A stretch of DNA of 64,000 nucleotides from positions 135,380-199,379 of the forward strand of contig DATKDP010000016.1 of NCBI GenBank assembly GCA_035546335.1, read 5' to 3'. Under the pieces are notes generated by a model. That model worked only from the letters and a program-made list of their open reading frames with translations. It searched no databases and was not told the origin of the DNA. Positions 25,400 through 34,069 of the stretch are shown piece after piece; the stretch's first letter is position 1, and each line of letters starts with the position of its first letter. The translations under genes and the position numbers were made by a program. The DNA comes from Thermoanaerobaculia bacterium (GTDB lineage: Bacteria; Acidobacteriota; Thermoanaerobaculia; Gp7-AA8).

Positions 25400-26437
25400 A
25401 TGACAGACTTCCAGATGCATCCGTTCCGGATCGGCGGGGTCACCGTCGATCCGCCGCTGGCCCTCGCCCCCATGGCCGAGGTGACCGATACCTATTATCG
25501 GTCTCTTGTCAAAGAGGTAGGAGGCGTGGGTCTCGTGGTTTCGGAGTTCATCTCGGCCGAGGGCCTCACCAGGAACAACGAGCGCAGCTCCCGGATGCTG
25601 GCCTTCTCCGAGAGCGAGCGGCCGGTAGCCATCCAGATCTACGGCGGCGACCCCGAACGGATGGACGATGCGGCGGCGATCGTCGAGCGCGAGGGTGTCG
25701 ACATCGTCGACGTCAACATGGGCTGTCCGGTGAAGAAGGTGGTCAACAGCGGTGCGGGCTCTGCATTGCTCAAGGACTTCGATCGGGCGGCGCGCATCGT
25801 CGAGAAGATTCGCCGGCGCGTGAAGATTCCGGTGACGGTGAAGGTCCGCAAGGGATGGGAGAGCGACGACGTGCTTCCGCTGCTGAAGCGCTTCGAGGAG
25901 ATCGGTGTCGCCTCGATCGCGATTCACGGCCGGACGCGCAACGAGGCCTACACCGGCGCGAGCGACTGGGCCTACATCCGGGAGGTGAAGCGCGAGCTCA
26001 CCATCCCCGTCTTCGGCAATGGCGACGTCAGAACGCCGGAGGACGCGATCCGGATGTTTCGTGAGACCGGCTGCGACGGGGTGATGATCGGCCGCGCGGC
26101 GCTTCACAATCCGTTCATCTTCCGCGACATCGGCGCGTTCCTGAGCGGCGAGCGCGTGTGCGACGAGGTGGAGCGTCGCATCGGCGCGATGATCCGTTAT
26201 CTCGAGAAGATCGATGCCGCTCCACAGGCGGACAAGTGGAAGCTGCACAAGGCGCGGACGGTCATCGGCTGGTTCTCGAAGGGAATTCCGCATTCGAAGG
26301 ATCTGCGCCAGGGCCTCGCGGACATCACCTCGATCGATGATGTCATCCGGCTTCTCGATACGCATCTCCGCCATGCCGTCTCGGGCACGTTCGATCCCGG
26401 CGACCTCGAAGCGGCCACCCTCTCGCTGGCAGGGTGA
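25400..26437 (+). CDS. dusB: tRNA-dihydrouridine synthase
   Basis: LAPMAEVTDTYYRSL ... IYGGDPE ... VDVNMGCPVKKV ... VKVRKGW. FMN-binding TIM barrel Dus signature. Confidence 0.9.
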   Translation: MTDFQMHPFRIGGVTVDPPLALAPMAEVTDTYYRSLVKEVGGVGLVVSEFISAEGLTRNNERSSRMLAFSESERPVAIQIYGGDPERMDDAAAIVEREGVDIVDVNMGCPVKKVVNSGAGSALLKDFDRAARIVEKIRRRVKIPVTVKVRKGWESDDVLPLLKRFEEIGVASIAIHGRTRNEAYTGASDWAYIREVKRELTIPVFGNGDVRTPEDAIRMFRETGCDGVMIGRAALHNPFIFRDIGAFLSGERVCDEVERRIGAMIRYLEKIDAAPQADKWKLHKARTVIGWFSKGIPHSKDLRQGLADITSIDDVIRLLDTHLRHAVSGTFDPGDLEAATLSLAG

Positions 26438-27441
26438 CAGCGCGCGGAGCGACGATGGCGTTTCCCGAGCACATCGCAGCCGTTCTCGAACAGTACGCGG
26501 TTCGCTCCGACACGAAGGCGGCGCTCCACGACCTCTACGTCTCGCTCGGGGGCGTCGTTCTCGAATGCTTTGCCGATCTGGCGGAGAAGATCACCGTTCC
26601 CGCGATGCTCACTCCGGAGGATACTCTGGGCATCGTCCCGATGGCGATCGAGCGCTATCTTCGCAGGAATCATCCCCTCTGGGCGAACGATCAGCCCACC
26701 CCGGGCTTCTGGTTCCCGCGCGATCTCGGAGGACGGGCTTCGGGGATGGCGGTTCCGGCGGGAGTGCTCGGCGGGGATCAGCGAAGTGAGCTGACGAGCC
26801 TCCTGGAGACGACGGTGCGAAGGATCGTCGGAGAGAGCCAGCCGATCGGCGAAGGCCTGCTGATCGTCGGCCGCAACGCGCATTTCGGAGGGCGCCCGGA
26901 GACGATCTCGTTCGACGTCGTCGCTCGCGATCTCGACGATGCGATCGCGGTCGGACTGGCAGCGGGTCGCCAGCATACGATTCCCGGCTCGGTAGGGGAG
27001 ACGAGCGGGAGCATCGACATGAGATTCGGTGTGGCGCTTCTGTGGGAAGTGCAGCCGAACGTGCTCAAGCCGGCAGGAGCGCGGAATCGCGCGATCAGCG
27101 GCTTCTACCGGCGGCATCGAAACTGGCACATCACCACGCTGACGGCAGGGTTGCTGTGGCTGAGACAGCGCGAGATCACGACCTTCATTCTGCGGGGAGA
27201 GGCGCTCGTGCCGACGCATCAGGTCAACCCCGAGCAGCCGATCGGAGCGGAGATCGTTCGCCATCACAACCGTACCGTTTCGAGGGTCGCGCGATCGCTC
27301 TCGATCGATCTCGCGGCGCCGAACGAGACCGAGGTGGAGACCTTGCTCGCGACCGAGGTGATGAACACGGCGCTGCGCGCGCATGTCGAATCGGGTCCGG
27401 CGCACGAGTTTTTGTGGCGCGTGCGGTGGCATGCGCCGTAG
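26434..27441 (+). CDS. Conserved hypothetical protein, translationally coupled to dusB
   Basis: ATGA overlap with the dusB stop. Non-repetitive 335-aa ORF with no recognisable motif. Confidence 0.4.
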   Translation: MTARGATMAFPEHIAAVLEQYAVRSDTKAALHDLYVSLGGVVLECFADLAEKITVPAMLTPEDTLGIVPMAIERYLRRNHPLWANDQPTPGFWFPRDLGGRASGMAVPAGVLGGDQRSELTSLLETTVRRIVGESQPIGEGLLIVGRNAHFGGRPETISFDVVARDLDDAIAVGLAAGRQHTIPGSVGETSGSIDMRFGVALLWEVQPNVLKPAGARNRAISGFYRRHRNWHITTLTAGLLWLRQREITTFILRGEALVPTHQVNPEQPIGAEIVRHHNRTVSRVARSLSIDLAAPNETEVETLLATEVMNTALRAHVESGPAHEFLWRVRWHAP

Positions 27442-27454
27442 CGGCGCTTTTGCT

Positions 27455-27665
27455 GTGGGGAGAGCGGGCGTCCCGCGCCCGCCCCCGTGCGGCGGAACAG
27501 CCTTTGCGTTTCGGAAACTGGTTTAGGCGGACGGCAAAGGGGCGGGCGCGGGACGCCCGCTCTCCCTCGCGCAAATGCTTCGTCCCTACGAGGGATGAAG
27601 TGGGCTTGGTTGCATCGTCGCGGGTGCGACAGGGGCGGGCGCGGGACGCCCGCTCTCCAGGGGGC
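27455..27665. repeat. Dispersed repeat cluster: M2 (reverse) ... M2 + 3' part of M1 ... M2
   Basis: ggagagcgggcgtcccgcgcccgcccc (27462-27492). ggggcgggcgcgggacgcccgctctcc immediately followed by ctcgcgcaaatgcttcgtccctacgagg (27538-27594). ggggcgggcgcgggacgcccgctctcc (27631-27660). Confidence 0.8.
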
Positions 27666-27740
27666 AGAATAGGAGTCCGGTTGCGCCTGTTACTCGATGC
27701 CGTGACGCAAACTGCGGAGAAGACGAGCCTCCGGGTCGGG

Positions 27741-29060
27741 ATGATCTCGCTCGGCTGCCCGAAGAATCTCGTCGATGCCGAGATCATGCTCGGACAGCTG
27801 CGCGAAGAGGCCGCGGTCGAGCTGACGCACGAGCTCGACGAGGCCGATGTCGTCATCGTCAACACCTGCGGCTTCATCGATGCAGCGAAACAGGAATCGA
27901 TCGACACGATTCTCGAGGTCGCCGAGCGAAAAAAATCTTCCCCCACACGCCTCGTCGTGACCGGCTGCATGGTGCAGAAGTACCGGACGGAGCTGGCGGA
28001 GTCGATTCCGGAGATCGATGCGTTCGTCGGACTCGATCATCTCGAGAAAATCACCTCCGCCGTCACCGGGGCCGACGTCTGCGATGCGGCGCCCGTCCGG
28101 CGCAAGATGTCGGTGCGGCTCTACGAAGACCTTCCCCGCGTGCTCACGCAGGGAGTCTCGCACGGCTATCTCAAGGTCTCGGAAGGATGCTCGAATCCGT
28201 GCACCTTCTGCGCGATCCCGCAGATGCGCGGCAAGTTTCGCAGCCGCTCGATCGACTCGCTGGTGCGCGAGGCGCAGCAGCTGGAGCGGCAGGGGGTGAT
28301 GGAGCTCTGTCTCGTCGCTCAGGACACGACGCGTTACGGCGAGGACCTCGGTGTGGCGAATGGGTTGACGAGCCTGATCGAGAGACTGCTGGGCGAGACC
28401 GATTTCCGCTGGATCCGCTTTCTCTACGCCTATCCCGGGAGCATCGACTGGAGTCTGTTCGAGCTGATGGGACGCGAGCCCCGCTTCGTCTCCTATTGTG
28501 ACATTCCGCTCCAGCACGTGAGCGAGCGTGTTCTGCGCACGATGCGGCGCCCCGGCTCTCCGGAGGAGTACCGCAAGATGATCGGGCGCATGCGCGATCT
28601 GGTTCCCGACATCTCGCTCCGGACGACGTTCATCACCGGGCATCCCGGCGAGACGCCGAGCGATTTCGGTCAGCTCCACGACTTCGTCGCCTGGGCGGAG
28701 TTCGATCAGATGGGGGCTTTCTGCTATTCGCCGGAGGACCACACTCCCGCCGGCCGAATGACGGACATCCCATCGCGCAGAACCGCCGAGCGGCGTCGCG
28801 CAAAGCTCATGGAGCTGCAGCAGCAGATCTCGTTCGCGAGAAATCAGGCGAAAGTCGGTACGACACTCGATGCGATCATCACCGGCGTCTGCTCCGAGAC
28901 CGAGCACCTTCTCGAGGGGCGCCTCATCGGCCAGGCTCCGGAGATCGACGGGCGCCTTCTCGTCAACGACGGCATCGAGCGGATCGCATCGATGCCCGCA
29001 TTCGCGCGGGTCGAGATCACGGATGCCCATCCGTACGACTTGGTCGGCGGGGTGGTCTGA
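27741..29060 (+). CDS. rimO: Ribosomal protein S12 methylthiotransferase (RimO; MiaB-family radical SAM with TRAM domain)
   Basis: MTTase N-domain (GCPKN ... VVIVNTCGFI). Radical SAM CSNPCTFC. C-terminal TRAM. Start taken at ATG 27741; the track's longer 27042 start runs through repeat DNA. Confidence 0.85.
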   Translation: MISLGCPKNLVDAEIMLGQLREEAAVELTHELDEADVVIVNTCGFIDAAKQESIDTILEVAERKKSSPTRLVVTGCMVQKYRTELAESIPEIDAFVGLDHLEKITSAVTGADVCDAAPVRRKMSVRLYEDLPRVLTQGVSHGYLKVSEGCSNPCTFCAIPQMRGKFRSRSIDSLVREAQQLERQGVMELCLVAQDTTRYGEDLGVANGLTSLIERLLGETDFRWIRFLYAYPGSIDWSLFELMGREPRFVSYCDIPLQHVSERVLRTMRRPGSPEEYRKMIGRMRDLVPDISLRTTFITGHPGETPSDFGQLHDFVAWAEFDQMGAFCYSPEDHTPAGRMTDIPSRRTAERRRAKLMELQQQISFARNQAKVGTTLDAIITGVCSETEHLLEGRLIGQAPEIDGRLLVNDGIERIASMPAFARVEITDAHPYDLVGGVV

Positions 29061-29065
29061 AAAAA

Positions 29066-29087
29066 GGCCACCCGTTTCCGGGTGGCC
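29066..29087. terminator. Bidirectional intrinsic terminator between the convergent rimO and TonB-dependent receptor genes
   Basis: GGCCACCCG-tttc-CGGGTGGCC: perfect 9-bp stem. A-tract (aaaaaa) on one side gives a U-tract for the minus-strand transcript. Confidence 0.55.
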
Positions 29088-29116
29088 TTCGAGGTTGAAT
29101 CAGGTCTCGACTGAGA

Positions 29117-32100
29117 TCAGAAAATGACTTTCAGTGCCAGCTGATACTGGCGAGGATCGCCGGTGTAGGAGTTGGTCTTTCCGAAGTTCGCGTTCCGCGT
29201 GAACGTCCAACGATCCTGAGAAGAGCTGAACGATCCGAGGAAGAGGGAGCGGTTGGCACCCGGGACGAATTCGTTCTTCGTGTTCAGGACGTTGAAAATC
29301 TCGCCGATCAGCTCGAGCTCGAAGTTCCTGATCACGGGGAAGCGCTTCGCGATGCGCATGTCGAGCATCGAGAAGTCGGGCTGATCGTGCCTGTTGCGCT
29401 CTTCCATCGTGGCTCCCTGCAGGAAGGCGGAGAGACCGGCTCGGGACAGGCCCGTCGCCGCCGTCAGGTCGATCACATTGCCGCTGCTGTCGACGAAGAC
29501 CGGGGTGAAGACGCCGATTCCTCCGAGGCCGTTACCGAGGCCGCTGACCGTTCGGGTGAAGGGGATGCCGCTTCTCCAGTTGTAGATTCCCGAGATCAGA
29601 ATCCCCAGGGGAGCTTCGTAGGTGCCGCTGAGCACGACCTTGTGCGTCACGTCGTAGTCGGCTCGTCCTTCGTTCAGCTTCGCGTTGAAGGGATCGAGTG
29701 TGAAGGCGCTCGAGGTCGACCGTTCATTCGAATCCTGGTCGATGGCCTCGGACCAGGTGTAGTGAGCGAGCCAGCTGTACTTGCTGCCGCCGGTGGCCAG
29801 CTTCTTCGTCGAGAGCGTCACTGCCTTGTAGTCGCCTTCCGCATCGCTCCGATGCTCGGTGACGTCGGTGAAGCGGGTGTAGGGGCGGGCGGGATTGTTG
29901 TTCGAGTAGACGACCAGGTCGCCGTAGCGGAGTCCGGTCGGTACTGCGTTGATGTTGATCATGCGCTGCTGCTTGTCGAGCTTGGCGTACGACCCTTCGA
30001 GGCTGACGCTGTATGACGTGCCGATCTGCTGCTCGTAGCCGAGGCTGGTGCGGGTGCTCTCCATCGCCTCGAGGTCTTTGGAAACGGTACGTATCGTCGC
30101 CGAGGTGCGCGCGGCGGCTTCGAATTCTGCTCGCCCGAGAACGCCCGGGTAGACCGGGCAGAGCGTCGAGGTCGTGCAGTTGATGTCGACCTGGCTGAAG
30201 AGTCCGCCGATCTGGCCGAGGGGGTCGGCGAAGAGAATCGATGGAATGTAGTTGTAGTACAGACCGGCGCCGCCGCGAAGGACGGAGCTTCCGGTGCCGA
30301 ACAGATCGTAGGCGAAGCCGAGGCGCGGAGCCCAGTTGTCCTTGTCACGCTGGAAGTTCGTGAGGAACTCGGGGAATTCGGGCGCGACGTTCCGGATCGG
30401 TTTCGGGACTGTCTGCGTGTCGTAGCGGAGCCCGACGTCGAGAGTCAGCTGCGAGGAGAGGCGCATCGAGTTCTGGATGAAAGCGCCGTAGTAGGTGTAG
30501 TCGAAGCGGTTGTTGCCCCTCTCGATGCCGACGGGCCCGAGGCCCTGGCGGAAGCGGCTGGGAGTGTTGGAGACGAAGTTCGCGGCATTCGAGAAATCCC
30601 AGTTTCCGGCGAAGTTGCGCGGGAAGAGGTTGTCGAGCTTCGTCTCGATGATCTCGAAGCCGGTCTTGATGTGATGGTCGCCCATGAGGAGCGAGAAGTT
30701 CTCCTTCAACTGACGGCGATCCTCGATGAGGTCGTTCGGAAGGAAATCGGACTGCCCGAAGGCGAGATTGATTCCGCCGATGAATGTGCGCGGCACTGCG
30801 GTCGAGAGCGGATCGCGCGGCCGCTCTTCCTTGCTCACCTGGAGAATGATCTGGTTGAACATCGACGGGGTGAGAACCGACTCGGCCTGGAGGACGGCGC
30901 TGTTGAAGTCGTTCTTGAACACCCCCTGATTGGAGCGGAGCGCGTTCACGCCTTCGCTTCCGAAGTTCTCGAACGTGGAATAGTTGTCGCGGAAGGAGAG
31001 ATGATGGTTCGAAGCGAGATTCGCGTCGAGCTTGATGAGATAGACCTGCTGATCCTCGGTCGTCGTGAAGCGGAACTCGTCGGCGATCGGGTTGCCGACC
31101 AGCGATTCCACACGAGCGATCGTTGCTGCCCGCGTCGCCTCCGGAAGGGCGAGAAAGGCCGTGTTCTGCCGCACGTCATTGAGGACGACTGCGCGGGAGA
31201 AATCCTGAAGGTCGGCGTTGATGAAGAAATGGACGCGATCCTGGACGATCGGGCCGCCGAGGGCGAACCCGTACTGCGCGATGTCCTTCGGATCGAACGA
31301 GTCGCTGACGTTCAGTCCATCGATGACCCTCGGCCGGCTCGAGGCCCAGTCGGCGTCGCGCTTGTAGTAGAAGCCCTGCCCTTTGATCTCGTTGGTTCCA
31401 CTCTTGGTGATCGCGTTGAGCGTCGCGCCGACGCCTTTGGCGTACTCGGCGCTGTAGGCCGAGCGAATCACCTGGAACTCCTGGATCGCCGCCTGGCTGA
31501 AGGTGTAGGGTGCGCGCGTGCCGCCTCGCTGCTCCCCGAAAAAGTCGGAGTTGGCATCGGCGCCATCGATGTTGTAGTCGGTCGAGACTCCGCGCGCTCC
31601 GTTCGCCGCCACGCGCTCGCCGAACGTGGTGACCACGCCGGGTGTGAGAAGTGCCAGGTCGCGGAAGTCGCGTCCGAGGATTGGCAGCGATTCGATCTGG
31701 AACTCGGTGACCGCCGCCGTCAGATCGGACTGGGTGGTGTCGACCAGCGGTGCCGACGCAGTGACGGTGATCTCCTGGGCGAGCTGCGGTGTGATCCGCA
31801 GGTTGATGGTCGAGGCCGTGCCGAGGAGCACGGTCACCCGGTCGTTTCTCGCCTCGCCGAAGCCGGCCAGTTCTGCGTGGACCCGGTAGCTGCCGGGGCG
31901 GAGAAGCGAAACGAGGTATTCGCCGTTCGAATCGGTCACCGCGGAGCGGGTCGATCCGGTTTCGGTGTTGGTCACGGTCACCGTCACGCCGGGAAGTGGC
32001 GTGCCGTCGTCGCCGGCGATGGTGCCGCGAATCTGTCCGGTCGTTGCCCCGGTCTGACCAAAGACCACGGTCGTCGCCAGAGCGATGCACATCACAAACA

Positions 32101-32125
32101 AAATCGGTTTTCGCAATCGAGACAT
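29117..32125 (-). CDS. TonB-dependent outer-membrane receptor with N-terminal carboxypeptidase-regulatory-like domain
   Basis: Signal peptide, then CarboxypepD_reg (GTIAGDDGTPLPGVTVTVTNTETGSTRSAVTDSNGEY). Plug and 22-strand barrel length. C-terminal aromatic residue. Start at ATG 32125 (MSRLRKPILF). Confidence 0.8.
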   Translation of the reverse strand: MSRLRKPILFVMCIALATTVVFGQTGATTGQIRGTIAGDDGTPLPGVTVTVTNTETGSTRSAVTDSNGEYLVSLLRPGSYRVHAELAGFGEARNDRVTVLLGTASTINLRITPQLAQEITVTASAPLVDTTQSDLTAAVTEFQIESLPILGRDFRDLALLTPGVVTTFGERVAANGARGVSTDYNIDGADANSDFFGEQRGGTRAPYTFSQAAIQEFQVIRSAYSAEYAKGVGATLNAITKSGTNEIKGQGFYYKRDADWASSRPRVIDGLNVSDSFDPKDIAQYGFALGGPIVQDRVHFFINADLQDFSRAVVLNDVRQNTAFLALPEATRAATIARVESLVGNPIADEFRFTTTEDQQVYLIKLDANLASNHHLSFRDNYSTFENFGSEGVNALRSNQGVFKNDFNSAVLQAESVLTPSMFNQIILQVSKEERPRDPLSTAVPRTFIGGINLAFGQSDFLPNDLIEDRRQLKENFSLLMGDHHIKTGFEIIETKLDNLFPRNFAGNWDFSNAANFVSNTPSRFRQGLGPVGIERGNNRFDYTYYGAFIQNSMRLSSQLTLDVGLRYDTQTVPKPIRNVAPEFPEFLTNFQRDKDNWAPRLGFAYDLFGTGSSVLRGGAGLYYNYIPSILFADPLGQIGGLFSQVDINCTTSTLCPVYPGVLGRAEFEAAARTSATIRTVSKDLEAMESTRTSLGYEQQIGTSYSVSLEGSYAKLDKQQRMININAVPTGLRYGDLVVYSNNNPARPYTRFTDVTEHRSDAEGDYKAVTLSTKKLATGGSKYSWLAHYTWSEAIDQDSNERSTSSAFTLDPFNAKLNEGRADYDVTHKVVLSGTYEAPLGILISGIYNWRSGIPFTRTVSGLGNGLGGIGVFTPVFVDSSGNVIDLTAATGLSRAGLSAFLQGATMEERNRHDQPDFSMLDMRIAKRFPVIRNFELELIGEIFNVLNTKNEFVPGANRSLFLGSFSSSQDRWTFTRNANFGKTNSYTGDPRQYQLALKVIF

Positions 32126-32357
32126 ACAAGCCCCCTGTGAGATTGAATTGGTGGACGACGTTGTAATCGACATTCTAGCGCGTTGTCGTTCTGGACGGAT
32201 CGAAAAACGTTTGACGCTCACCCGCCCATCGCGCCCTGAGATCGGTCGTCGCTTTGGCGCCAACCGAAAGCCGCCTGCCGAGTATTGTCGCAGCTCGTGA
32301 GGTAAAAGTGAAAACCCCGTGAAGATCACTCGACGGCTCGCTGGAGAGTGTGCCACA

Positions 32358-33695
32358 TCAGAAGCTGTTGAGGAAGGCCTGATTCGTCGGGAACTTCTGC
32401 AATCGCTCGAGGAGCATCTTCATCGCGGTCATCGGATCGGTCCCGGCCAGAGCCCGTCTCAACGTGTGAATTTTCGGTAACGTCGTCGCCGACAGCAGCT
32501 TTTCCTCTTTTCGCGTCCCGGTCTGTGCGATGTTGATCGCAGGGAAGATGCGCCGCTCGAAGAGTCCGCGATCGAGCACGATCTCCGTGTTCCCGGTTCC
32601 TTTGAACTCCTGGAAGATGACCTCGTCCATTCTGGAGCCGGTGTCCACCAGCGCCGTGGCGATGATGGTCAAAGAGCCCCAGTCTTCGGCGTTGCGCGCG
32701 GCACCGAAGAAGCGGCGCGGCTTCTCCATGGTTCTCGCATCGATTCCGCCGGAGAGGATCTTCCCGCTGCCCCGCTGCTCGTTGTTGTAGGCTCGCGACA
32801 TTCTGGTGATGGAATCACAGAGGATGACCACATCCTTCTTCATCTCCACCAGACGCCGGGCGCGCTCGAGCACCACCTCGGCGATGGTGATGTGATTCTC
32901 CGCCGTTTCGTCCGAGCTCGAGGCGATCACATCTCCCTTCTCGACCGAGCGGCGGAAGTCGGTGACCTCCTCGGGACGCTCGTCGACGAGAAGTACGATC
33001 AGTGTGACTTCGGGATGATTGGTATTGATCCCGTGCGCGATGTCCTTCAGCAGCGTCGTCTTTCCCGTTTTCGGCGCGGCGACGATGAGACAGCGCTGGC
33101 CTTTCCCGATCGGCGAGAGCAGATCGATCACTCTCGTGGTCAGGCGATTCGGCTCGGTCTCGAGCTTGAACATCTCGCTCGGATCGACCGAGATCAGCTC
33201 GGAAAACGGCCGGCGCGCCTCGCGGAACTCCTCGAGCGGCATGCCTTCCACCTGGTCGATTGCCGTCAGCTCGAGTGCGCCGTTGTTCGTTCTGCGCGCC
33301 GTTCCTTCGAGCAGCAGTCCGCCCTGCAGAAAAAGCTTGTCGATCAGCGCGCGCGGGACGAGAGGGTCGCTTGCCTGCGGCACGTAATTGTTCGAGCTGC
33401 GAACCAGCATGCCGCTGCCGTTCGGCTTGATGAAGAGGACGCCGCTCGCGGGTGCGGGCTCGCCTGCCGGCTGGCTCGAGCCCCCTGCCTGCTGTTGTTC
33501 TGCGCGCGGCTCCCCGCGCGAGCGTCCACGCCGCCGGGACCGCCGCTTCCGGCCGCCGCCGTCGCTTCGTGGCTCTGCTCCCTCCCCGGGCATCGGAACT
33601 CCGTTCGAGCCGGTTGCGGACGGCTGAGAAGCCGAGGGCTGTGGCCGCCGCCTGCGGCGACGCCGTTTGCGTGGGTTGCGATTTTCAGGAGTCAT
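32358..33695 (-). CDS. rho: Transcription termination factor Rho with an Arg-rich N-terminal extension
   Basis: Walker A AAPKTGKTTLL. Q/R loops. C-terminal Rho signature IATALVDTGSRMDEVIFQEFKGTGN. Confidence 0.9.
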   Translation of the reverse strand: MTPENRNPRKRRRRRRRPQPSASQPSATGSNGVPMPGEGAEPRSDGGGRKRRSRRRGRSRGEPRAEQQQAGGSSQPAGEPAPASGVLFIKPNGSGMLVRSSNNYVPQASDPLVPRALIDKLFLQGGLLLEGTARRTNNGALELTAIDQVEGMPLEEFREARRPFSELISVDPSEMFKLETEPNRLTTRVIDLLSPIGKGQRCLIVAAPKTGKTTLLKDIAHGINTNHPEVTLIVLLVDERPEEVTDFRRSVEKGDVIASSSDETAENHITIAEVVLERARRLVEMKKDVVILCDSITRMSRAYNNEQRGSGKILSGGIDARTMEKPRRFFGAARNAEDWGSLTIIATALVDTGSRMDEVIFQEFKGTGNTEIVLDRGLFERRIFPAINIAQTGTRKEEKLLSATTLPKIHTLRRALAGTDPMTAMKMLLERLQKFPTNQAFLNSF

Positions 33696-34069
33696 GCAAT
33701 GTCATCAATAACGGCTGCTCGCCTCTCGACGTACCAGAAAGCTGATTTCGAAAAGCTCGGGGCGGAGAGTAACGTTCTCAACGCCTGGCGGAGCGCCTTC
33801 GCCAAGATCATGCACGAGGTGCGGCCGGTAGTATAGCGGAACAGGGAGTACTGATTGCAAGTGGCAAGTTGGCTTTGCGGTTTTGCACCGGCCGTGCGCC
33901 CGCGCGGGTGAATGGCGCCGCGTCCGCAGCCGCGAGTGACCCGATCGGGCCGATTGATGCTCGCGACGAGCTCGATCGTGCCGAAATCGGGCTCGCGGAA
34001 GGCCTGTTCGTTGACGCCTTTCCGAGCACTGTGTGAAAATGCAGGGACTTGCTGAATACGAATATCCCC

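Noticed and set aside
23551-25400. 323-aa minus and 581-aa plus ORFs overlapping DegP
   Set aside because: Out-of-frame or antisense to a gene with a full HtrA catalytic triad and two PDZ domains.
25382-27432. 330-aa and 411-aa minus-strand ORFs antisense to dusB and the downstream hypothetical
   Set aside because: Antisense GC-rich artefacts.
27690-29030. 446-aa minus-strand ORF antisense to rimO
   Set aside because: rimO radical-SAM and TRAM motifs are on the plus strand.
30671-32140. 489-aa plus-strand ORF inside the TonB-dependent receptor gene
   Set aside because: Antisense. The receptor has a signal peptide, a CarboxypepD_reg domain and barrel periodicity.
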